From an uncultured Planctomycetia bacterium (lineage in GTDB: Bacteria; Omnitrophota; Gorgyraeia; Duberdicusellales; 4484-171): a stretch of DNA of 64,000 nucleotides. Both the position numbers and the translations under genes were made by a program. Every line of letters begins with the position of its first letter. Within the stretch, counting starts at the first letter, position 1. Below, piece by piece: positions 11,635 through 21,100 of the stretch. The notes beneath the pieces were generated by a model. The model was given only the letters and a program-made list of their open reading frames with translations. It made no database searches and was not told the origin of the DNA. Where the stretch lies: positions 4,277-68,276 of the forward strand of contig CAYVYJ010000007.1 in assembly GCA_964455085.1 (NCBI GenBank). Reading direction: 5' to 3'.

Positions 11635-12351
11635 TCATCCTTGATTAAAAAAGTAATTAACTAGTCCCACAGCAAATACAGCAGCAGTCTCTACCCGTAA
11701 TAGATTAACGGATAATTTAATAAAGTTAAAATTATTTTCGCCTAATTTGCTCCATTCTCTGGGAGCAAAATCTCCTTCGGGACCAACAATAATGAAAATC
11801 TCCTTCTGTCTCATATTGAGAACGTTCTTAAGCGTATCTCCCTTAATCGAAGCAGCTAATTTAACCTGATAGTTTTTTTCAATAACCTTATTAAAGCTCA
11901 AAATATTATTAACCGTCGGCAACCACAACCTTTGAGATTGCCGCACTGCCTCAATAACTATTTTCTTCCATCGCATTAACTTATTGGATAAAGAACTTAT
12001 GCTGAGACTTCTTTGGCAGGTAAAAGGAATAAACTCTGAGACCCCCAGTTCTGTAGCTTTCTGCAAAATAAAATTAATCCTTTCTTGTTTAGTAACCGGA
12101 AAAGCCAGAATTACTTTCGGCTCAGGAAAACATTCTTTACCTGAGACCCTTACCTTCTTTAAGGATATCTGCTTCTGCGAAATATCTTTTATGGTATATA
12201 GGTATTCCTTACCCTGGCCATCAAAAACAAATAGCTCATTCTCGCTCCCCAGGCGTAAAACATCCCTTAATTTATGGATAGTATTCTTGCCACTTATCTC
12301 AATGAAATTTTCTATTTTTTCTGGGTGGATATAAATTCGTATCTTGGACAT
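11635..12351 (-). CDS. rsmE: 16S rRNA m3U1498 methyltransferase
   Basis: LQKATELGV, IVGPEGDF, LLRVETAA; start taken at ATG 12351 because the ORF-track extension runs through tRNA-Ala. Confidence 0.93.
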   Translation of the reverse strand: MSKIRIYIHPEKIENFIEISGKNTIHKLRDVLRLGSENELFVFDGQGKEYLYTIKDISQKQISLKKVRVSGKECFPEPKVILAFPVTKQERINFILQKATELGVSEFIPFTCQRSLSISSLSNKLMRWKKIVIEAVRQSQRLWLPTVNNILSFNKVIEKNYQVKLAASIKGDTLKNVLNMRQKEIFIIVGPEGDFAPREWSKLGENNFNFIKLSVNLLRVETAAVFAVGLVNYFFNQG

Positions 12352-12359
12352 CTCAATTA

Positions 12360-12432
12360 TGGAGCCGACCCGATTTGAACGGGCGACCTCCTCGTTGCGA
12401 ACGAGGCGTTCTCCCAACTGAACTACGGCCCC
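12360..12432 (-). tRNA. tRNA-Ala(CGC), 3' CCA not encoded
   Basis: GGGGCCGTAGTTCAGTTGGGAGAACGCCTCGTTCGCAACGAGGAGGTCGCCCGTTCAAATCGGGTCGGCTCCA; G3-U70 pair, anticodon CGC. Confidence 0.96.
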
Positions 12433-12482
12433 TATGGTTGACACAGCTCATAGATACAGAAACTATTGGCTGATGAAACATT

Positions 12483-12508
12483 TTGACAGAGAAATATTTC
12501 TCTGTCAA
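12483..12508. promoter_or_regulatory. Perfect 26-bp palindrome overlapping the probable tRNA-Ala promoter
   Basis: TTGACAGAGAAATATTTCTCTGTCAA equals its reverse complement; minus strand reads TTGACA-N17-CAAAAT. Confidence 0.7.
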
Positions 12509-12586
12509 GGAAACTACAAATAAAAACTATTAAATAATAATAGCCAATAAGGGATTAAAGGCTTGATTAAAAAGACTAAGTAATAT

Positions 12587-12967
12587 TCAATAATTTACTA
12601 CCTGTGCATCTATTTGGCTAGAGTCTGCATGAGGGTTACCCGCGGGCCAGCCGGGAGAAAAAATCGTCATCGTAACGTCATAAGGAATATCATCATCATC
12701 AACGGTACGGCCAGGGGGACAATCATTATCGACATCATCATTAAGGCAGTGATCTTTGCCGGCAGGAGTTCCCGACCAAACACCTTTTCGCAATTGCTCT
12801 AAAGCTAAGACCACTCCGGCCTGGGCAGCAAAAAAAGCTTTACTCCGTTTTATCTTATATTCAGCAATCCGTGCCTCATGAGCTATAAAGTAGAGAGCAC
12901 CTAAGGCTAAGCTGAAAACTACCAACATAACCCCAATGACAACTATTAAAACTACCCCTTTTCTCAC
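12587..12967 (-). CDS. PilX/GspK-like minor pilin-type protein
   Basis: Class III-like signal MRKG|VVLIVVIGVMLVV without E5, then KAFFAAQAGV..AL..L typical of PilX N-terminal helices; Cys pair. Confidence 0.75.
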   Translation of the reverse strand: MRKGVVLIVVIGVMLVVFSLALGALYFIAHEARIAEYKIKRSKAFFAAQAGVVLALEQLRKGVWSGTPAGKDHCLNDDVDNDCPPGRTVDDDDIPYDVTMTIFSPGWPAGNPHADSSQIDAQVVNY

Positions 12968-13176
12968 TCTTGCTCTTTTTTTCTTAAACTTATCTGGTAT
13001 ACCGACTCTTCTTCCCTCACTAAAACATGACCCTCCCGAGCCAGCCAGCCTAAACTCATCAGGGTCAAATCCCGGGATTTATCTATACCAGCAATTAGTT
13101 GCTCTAAGCTTGCTTCGCCCTGCTTATCTAAAAAATTCCAAATCTCACCAGCTATAATTCCTATTTCAGTAATCAT
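12964..13176 (-). CDS. Small winged helix-turn-helix protein (DUF2582-like)
   Basis: IGIIAGEIWNFL...LGWLAREG pattern, 70 aa. Confidence 0.8.
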   Translation of the reverse strand: MITEIGIIAGEIWNFLDKQGEASLEQLIAGIDKSRDLTLMSLGWLAREGHVLVREEESVYQISLRKKEQE

Positions 13177-13394
13177 TTTCCCCGATTAATACTTTCACAA
13201 AACGGACACCGCCAAAATTCAAAAAAAATTGAAACAAAATACACTGAAGCGCAAACTTCACACTTTCGTTTCTCAAGCTGCATTTCCTTCTTTGCTAAGC
13301 TATTGCGCCAATTGATTATATATTCTAAGAGAAAGCCCAATAGCAGCCATCCGCTTAAAAAAATAGTAATAAATAATGACAATTCTATCTGCAT
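13173..13394 (-). CDS. Small membrane-anchored zinc-ribbon protein
   Basis: N-terminal TM helix, CEVC...CPFC, overlaps/abuts neighbours. Confidence 0.75.
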   Translation of the reverse strand: MQIELSLFITIFLSGWLLLGFLLEYIINWRNSLAKKEMQLEKRKCEVCASVYFVSIFFEFWRCPFCESINRGK

Positions 13395-13952
13395 TTATTT
13401 TACTACCCCCTCTAATTTTGTCCAGAGGAATCTGTTATCCAAGAAAAGGGTTGCTTCTAGCAAGTATGCCTGCAAGTGTAGGCTCCCGTAAGAATTAACC
13501 GGCAATTTCTCAGGATAGAGAAAAAGGACCTTGCCATATGGCGAAATATAGGTCTTATAAGAGACAATTTCTTCTTCCCAAGAGGAAAGAATAGTTCGCC
13601 TCGGCCAAAGATAATAATATCTCTCCCTATGACTAATACTATCCAAGGAAGGGAAGGTTTTAGCCAAACCGGGCATAAAAGAACCTAAATTATATCCATC
13701 CTTAAGCCAAGGGGAAGGACGGGAAGGAGAAAAATACTCTCTTCTCATATCGTGAGACGATAAATTTATACTCTTAGGAAAAACAACCTTTTTATTCTCT
13801 AGGAATAAATCTCTGCGGTTAACAATATCAAACCAGCTATAAAAGGAAGGGTTTCCCTCTGCCTTTATGTAGAGGGAGCATGAGGAAACAGCTAGCAGAT
13901 GCAGAATCCCCGACAAAATTAAGGGGAAAAAGACAAACAACTTCTTTAGCAT
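13395..13952 (-). CDS. Hypothetical membrane protein, possibly divergent TonB/TolA-like energy transducer
   Basis: N-terminal TM with SxxxH (SGILH); C-terminal IVSYKTYISPYGKV resembles TonB_C; directly after exbD. Confidence 0.55.
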   Translation of the reverse strand: MLKKLFVFFPLILSGILHLLAVSSCSLYIKAEGNPSFYSWFDIVNRRDLFLENKKVVFPKSINLSSHDMRREYFSPSRPSPWLKDGYNLGSFMPGLAKTFPSLDSISHRERYYYLWPRRTILSSWEEEIVSYKTYISPYGKVLFLYPEKLPVNSYGSLHLQAYLLEATLFLDNRFLWTKLEGVVK

Positions 13953-13967
13953 CGAAAGAAATCCAGG

Positions 13968-14366
13968 TTACTCTTCGTAAGCAGTAGCGATACCAATCTT
14001 TTCTATCCCGAATCTCTTACAAGCATCCCATATTTTTACCACTACCCCCAGACTGGCATCTCGATCGGCTTTTATAAAAATAGAGCTGTACTTTTTGCTT
14101 TTTATAAGATCTTCAACCTCTTTGACGGTTTGAGGTTTACCGTCAAGGTAAATTATATCTTCACTAGAAACAACTACTGTTAAAGACCTGGTATCAACCT
14201 CTTCCGGCATTAAAGCTTTAGGGAGCTTAACATTAACTCCCGGTATAACTATAAAACTAGACGTAAGCATAAAAAAGATAAGCAGCAGGAAAAGACAATC
14301 AATCAAAGGAGCTATGTCTATCTGCCTCAGGCCCGCTTCTACTCGTGCGCTTTTCCTAAACTTCAT
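13968..14366 (-). CDS. exbD: ExbD/TolR family protein
   Basis: IDIAPLIDCLFLLLIFFML, VKLPKA, IKADRDA. Confidence 0.93.
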   Translation of the reverse strand: MKFRKSARVEAGLRQIDIAPLIDCLFLLLIFFMLTSSFIVIPGVNVKLPKALMPEEVDTRSLTVVVSSEDIIYLDGKPQTVKEVEDLIKSKKYSSIFIKADRDASLGVVVKIWDACKRFGIEKIGIATAYEE

Positions 14367-14988
14367 CGGTATATCTGCTTTGAGGGATGAATTCTAAGAG
14401 CTCAGTAGCTGCTCTTTCCGCCTCCAAGGTAACTAAATTAACCTTGTGGACAAAATAATTATACATAATATAACTGGGGATGGCTACACACAAACCAGCT
14501 ACAGTAGTAAGTAATGCCTCCCATATCCCGCCAGCTAAATCAGCAGGGTTAACCAATCCGATATTTATTGTTTTCTGTTCAATAATATAAAAACATTTAA
14601 CCAACCCTACTACTGTACCCAGAAGTCCTAACAGTGGGGAGACGTGGGCAATAGTACTTAAAAAATTTAAGTTTCGCTCAAGCTTTGGTATTTCATACAA
14701 AGAAGTATTCTCCATCGCCTCTTTAATTACATCTTTGGCCTCCTCATAGTGACTAAGACCTGACTTTAAAATATTAGTTGCATAAAAAGTGTTTTTCTCG
14801 CAAATATCAATTGCTTCAGTAATTTTGTTTTTACGCACTAAATCCAATACTTGCGATAATATTAACAGGGAATTGCTCTTAATACTAAGATAAAACAACA
14901 ATCGTTCTATTATAATCGCTACTGCAAAAAATGAGCATAAAAATATCGGTGCAATTAGCCAGCCACTCTTAGAAATTAGCTCCCACAT
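14356..14988 (-). CDS. exbB: MotA/TolQ/ExbB proton channel family protein
   Basis: LSTIAHVSPLLGLLGTVVG, LAGGIWEALLTTVAGL. Confidence 0.93.
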   Translation of the reverse strand: MWELISKSGWLIAPIFLCSFFAVAIIIERLLFYLSIKSNSLLILSQVLDLVRKNKITEAIDICEKNTFYATNILKSGLSHYEEAKDVIKEAMENTSLYEIPKLERNLNFLSTIAHVSPLLGLLGTVVGLVKCFYIIEQKTINIGLVNPADLAGGIWEALLTTVAGLCVAIPSYIMYNYFVHKVNLVTLEAERAATELLEFIPQSRYTDEV

Positions 14989-15015
14989 AATGCCTCCTTT
15001 TCTTTTTCAATATTT

Positions 15016-17457
15016 CTAACCACCCTCTAACTCGTTTAACTTTGCCTCAGCTATCCGGCTTTCCTTAACTCCTAGATCGATGATTTTTTTATAAATCTTC
15101 TTTGCTTCTTGGTTATTGCCTATCTTCTCATAAATCCGGGCAATGCGGAAGTATGCTTTAACATTATACTTACCAGAATCGTTACTCTCCAATTGCTCTT
15201 CATCAACCCCAACATAAACCACCTTGAAATACTCTCCTATCGCCTCTTGCCCCTTATCAATCTTCTCCAGACACAACCCCAGGGTAAATCTTAACTCCGG
15301 ATAATCTATACCTTTCTCAATCGCCCGTTGAAAAATTAGTATTGCCTGACGATAATCCTTCATCTCTTTTAGAAGAAATGCTTTATCAACAAGCGCAACC
15401 TTAGAAACTGGTAAATTCAAATCTATCAGCTCATCGTATATTTTAAGGGCTTCTTGGTTTGAACCTTCCTGAAGAAAAATCTTTGCTAAATAAAGCTTAC
15501 CCTTCAAGGATAGTGGCGTATCTCGTTTAGATAATCTTTCAAAATAGTCACGGGCCCTTTCTAGATTGCCTCTGCTCCAATAAAGATGCCCCAAAGAAAG
15601 TACGGCTTCTTGAGCCGAAGAAGCTTCTTTATAGTCACTAATAACTTTTTTGTAATACTTTTCAGCCTCAAAATAGTTTTCTTCCTTTTCATACAAACCT
15701 CCCAAATATAATGCGACTGAAGCTGCATACTGCGAGTTGGGATAGCGGGCGAGGAAACCTTCCCAGACCTTTTTGGCTCTATCGAAGGAAGATAAGTTTA
15801 GGTACGCATTGCCCATGTCAAGATAGGCTAACTCGGCGATCTCTTCATCTTTGAATCTTCCTACCAACCTCTTAAAGACCAAAAGCGCATCGTCATAATT
15901 TTCCTGATTAAAAAGACACTTTCCGTAAAGATAGTGAGCTTTGGAAATCAATCCATCCTTGGGAAATTTGTCGATAAAATCATTTAATAAATTCTTAGCT
16001 TCCGTATAATCACCACAAGAAAAATAACCCACAGCCAAATAATACTGGACTTGTGGAATTAGTTTCGAAGAAGAAAAGTTATTCTTAAGGTTTTTTAGGG
16101 CCAAAAAAGCTTTATCTAACTCCTTTTTCTTTAAAAAACACATTCCGATTTGAAATTGAATATAGTCTGCATATATTGTATTGGGTTGATCTTTTAGAAT
16201 ACTATTGTAAATGTCTAAAGCTTCATCGAGCTTGGCAGTTTCTTGATAAGCGTCGGCAATTTGAATTCGGGAACTTAGTTCCACAACCGGATTATTGGTA
16301 TATTCTAGAGTACTCTTGAACTCAGCGATTGCTTCCTTGAATTTACCATTCTTTAAATAACACCAGGCTAAACCGTAATGTGCCTTGTTAAGGCTGTCAA
16401 TATGCTGGGGAACTTTAAAATTACCTAGTACATATTTATAAACCGAAATAGAATCATTCAGCCTGCCCATTTCATAAAGAGTATCGGCTTTATTCAAACA
16501 GGAATCGATTAAAACTTTAGACTTAGGGTAATCTCTTATAAAAATATTGAATGTCTCAAGAGCCTGGATGTAGTCCTGGGTCTTAAAATAATAAACTCCT
16601 TGCGAGAAAAGACGTAATTCCTTATTTTTTATTTTATCAATATTATTCTTGGCTTCAATCTTGCTCCCCTTCTCAATGTAGGTAAACCCTATTCCTTGAT
16701 GGATTAAATCTTTAAGCTCTAACCCAGGGATAGCCCGTAAAGCGCTCCGGTAACTCTTTAAAGCTTTATTCCATTCGTCGGTGGCATAATAAGCTTCTCC
16801 TAAATAAAAATACACCTTTGCCTTAAGCTCCCCCTTCGGAAACTCACTTATATATTTCTTAGCCAAAGATATGATCTGAGGATATTCCTTCTTCTGCAAA
16901 TAAAGGTTTAAAGCTTGTGAATATGCATTGCTGAGCACCTCTTCCTGCGGACACTCCACTATTATCTTATTAAATAATTCTTGGGCTTGATCTTTGTTCC
17001 CAAGCTCCAACTTACAGCTGGCTAGTAAATATTGAGTCTCCCAGATGAACCGCGATTTGGGGTGACTTTGGACAATCTTATCTGCATAGCTTAAGGCTTC
17101 ATCAAAATCCCTTCCCTTGAAATAGATGACGCTTAACCAATGGTAAGTTTCGCTAAGAACATCATCGCCGGGCTTACCTCGTTCAACTTCAGTAAGGGTA
17201 GAAAGAGCTCTTGCATAATCCTCTTTGCGGTAATAACACTTTGCTATATAAAGTTTGGCTTCATAAATTAAAGAACTTTCCGGGAAATCATTAATAAATC
17301 TTTTAAAAAGCGACAGCGAAGCATCGTAAAAGTCATCAGAGAAAGCTTTAGCCGCAATATGAAACCGCTCCTCTTCTCCGCTATAAGAAAAGCCCCAAGA
17401 GGCGGTAAATATCAGCAAAGTCAAAACTAAAGTAAAAGCTTTTACATTTATCCGCAT
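15016..17457 (-). CDS. Large exported multi-TPR protein (CpoB/BamD-like repeats)
   Basis: Signal peptide then many TPRs with F...FP.S..A.Y.LG pattern over about 790 aa. Confidence 0.85.
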   Translation of the reverse strand: MRINVKAFTLVLTLLIFTASWGFSYSGEEERFHIAAKAFSDDFYDASLSLFKRFINDFPESSLIYEAKLYIAKCYYRKEDYARALSTLTEVERGKPGDDVLSETYHWLSVIYFKGRDFDEALSYADKIVQSHPKSRFIWETQYLLASCKLELGNKDQAQELFNKIIVECPQEEVLSNAYSQALNLYLQKKEYPQIISLAKKYISEFPKGELKAKVYFYLGEAYYATDEWNKALKSYRSALRAIPGLELKDLIHQGIGFTYIEKGSKIEAKNNIDKIKNKELRLFSQGVYYFKTQDYIQALETFNIFIRDYPKSKVLIDSCLNKADTLYEMGRLNDSISVYKYVLGNFKVPQHIDSLNKAHYGLAWCYLKNGKFKEAIAEFKSTLEYTNNPVVELSSRIQIADAYQETAKLDEALDIYNSILKDQPNTIYADYIQFQIGMCFLKKKELDKAFLALKNLKNNFSSSKLIPQVQYYLAVGYFSCGDYTEAKNLLNDFIDKFPKDGLISKAHYLYGKCLFNQENYDDALLVFKRLVGRFKDEEIAELAYLDMGNAYLNLSSFDRAKKVWEGFLARYPNSQYAASVALYLGGLYEKEENYFEAEKYYKKVISDYKEASSAQEAVLSLGHLYWSRGNLERARDYFERLSKRDTPLSLKGKLYLAKIFLQEGSNQEALKIYDELIDLNLPVSKVALVDKAFLLKEMKDYRQAILIFQRAIEKGIDYPELRFTLGLCLEKIDKGQEAIGEYFKVVYVGVDEEQLESNDSGKYNVKAYFRIARIYEKIGNNQEAKKIYKKIIDLGVKESRIAEAKLNELEGG

Positions 17458-17467
17458 ATATAGATTG

Positions 17468-20257
17468 TTAGCTAAGTTTACGCCTTAAGAACTGGCCGGT
17501 ATAGGAGGTTGGGCAAGAAGCCACCTCCTCTGGTGTCCCGCTGGCGACAACATCGCCTCCGGCGTCTCCGCCCTCTGGACCTAAATCGATAATGTAATCG
17601 GCACATTTTACCACATCTAAATTGTGCTCAATAATTAAAATTGTATTTCGTTTATCTACTAATCGGTGCAACACAGATAACAACTTCTTTATGTCGTCAA
17701 AATGCAAGCCGGTTGTCGGCTCATCCAGAATATAAAGGGTTTTTCCGGTTGCTTTTTTCCTTAATTGCGAAGCAAGCTTAATCCTTTGAGCCTCTCCGCC
17801 AGAAAGCGTAGTGGCTGATTGGCCTACGCCGATGTAACCCAGCCCCACATCTTTCAAGGTTTGCAAAATATTTTTTATCCGGGGAAAATTTACAAATAAT
17901 TCATAAGCTTTGTCCACGTTCAGTTCTAAAACATCAGCAATGCTTTTTCCTTTAAATTTTATCTCTAAGGTCTGCTTGTTAAAACGTTTACCGGAACACT
18001 TCTGGCAGGGTACATACACATCGGGTAAAAAATGCATCTCAATCCTTTTGGTTCCCTCACCTCTACACTCCTGACATCGACCTCCAGGCACATTGAAGCT
18101 AAACCGGGCCGGTTTATATCCTCGAATTCTTGCATCCGGTAAATCCTGGAAAACCTCCCTGATATAACTAAATACTCCGGTATAGGTCGCCGGATTAGAC
18201 CGGGGGGTCCGGCCGATCGGAGACTGATCTACGATAATCACCTTATCAATATTGTCTAAACCGCCAATTTTTTTAACCTTACCCGGCTTCTCTCGTGAAT
18301 TATACAACTCCTTGGCTAAAGCTCGATAAAGAATGTCTTCTACTAATGTTGATTTGCCTGAACCAGAAACTCCAGTAATACAAACAAAGACTTCTAAAGG
18401 AATCTTTATATTTACGTTTTTTAAATTATGCTCACAAGCACCATGTATATCTAAGGTTGGCCTACCTTTATAGTGCCTTCTCACTGAAGGCTTAGCTATA
18501 GACAGATCTCCTCGTAAATATCTGGCAGTGAGGGTATCTTGAGTAAGTAACTTATCCTTCTGCCCCGAATAGACAACCCTTCCCCCCTTTACCCCGGCTC
18601 CCGGCCCTAAATCAACTATCCAATCACTGGCCTGAATCATCTGTTCATCATGTTCGACCACGATTATTGTATTACCCAAATTTTTCAGCCTTTTAAGAGT
18701 ATTAATCAACTTGACATCGTCCCGAGAATGTAACCCAATAGTTGGCTCATCAAGAATATAAATCACCCCGGATAACGATGAGCCCACCTGGGTAGCTAAT
18801 TTTATTCTTTGCACTTCTCCACCGGATAAAGTAGAACTTAACCGGTCTAAAGAAAGATATGACAACCCTACATTAATGCAGAAACTAAGCCGCTGCTTTA
18901 TTTCCTTTATGATTAAAGTGGCAATTTTTGCTTCAGAATCCGATAGTTTTAGTGAAGCAAAGAACTCAAAACACTTCTCAATACTCATTCTTACTATATC
19001 CCATATTGATTTAGTACCAACATACACGCTTAAGGCTTCTTTATTCAAACGTTGACCTGAACATCCGGGGCAGGATAACTTTGACATATATTTAGCAATC
19101 TCTGTTTTTCGGTAATGGCTATCAGTAGTATTAAACAATCGCTCTAAATTGGGAATAACTCCCTCAAAGGGCTTATTCCAAACATAAGTATCTTCGTCGC
19201 CATAAAGAATCTTCTCACTTATTTTCTTGGATAGGCGATTAAAGGGGGTATCCAATGATATTTTTAATCCTCTGGCTAACTCTCGCAGGAGTGCTTGATA
19301 ATACATAATATAACCCCGGCTACCCCTGCGCCAAGCTGCAATAGCTCCTTCTCTTAAGGTTTTCTTGGGCTCAGGGATGATCAGATCAAGATCAAACTCT
19401 AACTTTATACCCAAACCATTACAATCCGGACAAGCTCCGTAAGGAGAATTAAAAGAAAACATTCTTGGTTCCATCTCACCTAAAGATGCTCCACAGAGAC
19501 TGCAACTTAATTGGGTGTTAAATAAGCTCTCTTGAGAATTAGTATCATCATAAATCAAACAAAAACCGCCGGAATATTTTAGGGCTGTCTCCAGGGAATC
19601 AGCAATCCTCTCCTTGTAATCGGCAGATACTTTAATCCGATCTACAACGATCTCGATAGTATGCAATTTGTACCGGTTGAGCTTTATTCTCTCACTTAAT
19701 TCATAAATTTTTCCGTCAACTCGCACTCGTACAAAACCCTCTTTAAGCAATCGCGTAAATAGAGCTTGATATTGTCCTTTTTTGCCCCTAACAATGGGAG
19801 AAAGTATAAAAATCTTATGATTCTTAGGAAACTTAAGAACCCGATCAATTATCTCTTGAGTTGTCTGTTTGGTAATCGGCTTAAGACACCGCGGACAATG
19901 GGGCTTACCAATCCGGGCAAAAAGTAACCGCAAATAATCATAGATTTCGGTTTGCGTAGCCACAATCGAACGAGGCGAACCGCCAGCACTCCTCTGTTCG
20001 ATAGCAATCGCCGGAGAAAGCCCTTCAATATGTTCTACATCTGGTTTCTGAAGCTGCTCCAAAAATTGACGGGCATAACTAGACAGGCTCTCAACATAGC
20101 GGCGCTGACCTTCAGCATAAATAGTATCAAAGGCTAATGATGACTTGCCCGAACCCGATAAACCGGTAACTACTACCAAATTATTCTTGGGTATCTTAAG
20201 ATTAACGCTCTTTAGGTTATGCTCACGGGCACCCTTTATAACTATATAGTTATCCAT
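17468..20257 (-). CDS. uvrA: Excinuclease ABC subunit A
   Basis: [32 protein letters not shown], two ABC domains, Zn fingers. Confidence 0.99.
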   Translation of the reverse strand: MDNYIVIKGAREHNLKSVNLKIPKNNLVVVTGLSGSGKSSLAFDTIYAEGQRRYVESLSSYARQFLEQLQKPDVEHIEGLSPAIAIEQRSAGGSPRSIVATQTEIYDYLRLLFARIGKPHCPRCLKPITKQTTQEIIDRVLKFPKNHKIFILSPIVRGKKGQYQALFTRLLKEGFVRVRVDGKIYELSERIKLNRYKLHTIEIVVDRIKVSADYKERIADSLETALKYSGGFCLIYDDTNSQESLFNTQLSCSLCGASLGEMEPRMFSFNSPYGACPDCNGLGIKLEFDLDLIIPEPKKTLREGAIAAWRRGSRGYIMYYQALLRELARGLKISLDTPFNRLSKKISEKILYGDEDTYVWNKPFEGVIPNLERLFNTTDSHYRKTEIAKYMSKLSCPGCSGQRLNKEALSVYVGTKSIWDIVRMSIEKCFEFFASLKLSDSEAKIATLIIKEIKQRLSFCINVGLSYLSLDRLSSTLSGGEVQRIKLATQVGSSLSGVIYILDEPTIGLHSRDDVKLINTLKRLKNLGNTIIVVEHDEQMIQASDWIVDLGPGAGVKGGRVVYSGQKDKLLTQDTLTARYLRGDLSIAKPSVRRHYKGRPTLDIHGACEHNLKNVNIKIPLEVFVCITGVSGSGKSTLVEDILYRALAKELYNSREKPGKVKKIGGLDNIDKVIIVDQSPIGRTPRSNPATYTGVFSYIREVFQDLPDARIRGYKPARFSFNVPGGRCQECRGEGTKRIEMHFLPDVYVPCQKCSGKRFNKQTLEIKFKGKSIADVLELNVDKAYELFVNFPRIKNILQTLKDVGLGYIGVGQSATTLSGGEAQRIKLASQLRKKATGKTLYILDEPTTGLHFDDIKKLLSVLHRLVDKRNTILIIEHNLDVVKCADYIIDLGPEGGDAGGDVVASGTPEEVASCPTSYTGQFLRRKLS

Positions 20258-20281
20258 AGCAGAGGGAAAAAGTTAAAAGTG

Positions 20282-21100
20282 CTAACTTCCGATTTTTAAA
20301 GGAGAAAAGATTTTCTTTAGTAATTGCTGCGTGGAAAGAATAGCTAAAGCACTTGTTTTCGGGTTTGATTTCGAAGGGATATTCTCTACTTTCATGCTTA
20401 ATTTAGCTTCCTCAGAATCTACGACTATATGATGGACGTTCCGCTTTAGTCTCGGATCGGCTTTTATGCAAACCTCTACCTTTTTAAAGGCTGAAGCCAA
20501 AGATATAGCCACTGCCACATTTATATTTTTAGGAAAATGTCGTATTGCCTCTTTCACCCCACCCCTAAATACAACCTTTTCTTTGTTTAAGCCTGTTAAA
20601 TCTATTCTCTTCTTCTTCAAATAATCTGCGCCGATAAGCCCTCGAGGTGGCTTAGATGTGGTCAAGGACACTTTCTTAATCTTGCCCATACTTAAGGCAC
20701 CTAGACCATCTAGGCCTGAAATTGCTCCTGAAGAGATATAGATATTTATCTTAGCCCGCGCTGCTTCTTTAAGAAGAGAAGCTTTGCCAATAAGAGCACC
20801 TACGCTAAGGATGATTAAATCCTTTCGATAGGTGATTACCTCCTTGAGAAGAAAACTGGCTGCTGAGCCTGAGGCAGTCTCAACCACTAGATCTACCCTT
20901 TTAACTAAGGTAGTAGTGTCATATATTTTAGGTACAGATTGTAATTTCTTTTGCAGCCTCTTAGCTGCTAGTATATCCTTATCAGCTAAAGCATAGACAA
21001 CTGCTGAAGACTTTAAGTTCTTATCAATATAGGAAGCAACTCCCCCTCCAATTGCCCCACAACCAACTATTCCAATCTTTGTTCTCTTAGGCTTTGACAT
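20282..21100 (-). CDS. nadX: L-aspartate dehydrogenase (NadX family)
   Basis: GIVGCGAIG, SGAISGLD, FPKNINVA, RNVHHI, NPKTSALA. Confidence 0.88.
   Translation of the reverse strand: MSKPKRTKIGIVGCGAIGGGVASYIDKNLKSSAVVYALADKDILAAKRLQKKLQSVPKIYDTTTLVKRVDLVVETASGSAASFLLKEVITYRKDLIILSVGALIGKASLLKEAARAKINIYISSGAISGLDGLGALSMGKIKKVSLTTSKPPRGLIGADYLKKKRIDLTGLNKEKVVFRGGVKEAIRHFPKNINVAVAISLASAFKKVEVCIKADPRLKRNVHHIVVDSEEAKLSMKVENIPSKSNPKTSALAILSTQQLLKKIFSPLKIGS

Noticed and set aside
12352-12444. N-terminal extension of RsmE in the ORF track
   Set aside because: It is tRNA-Ala read as codons
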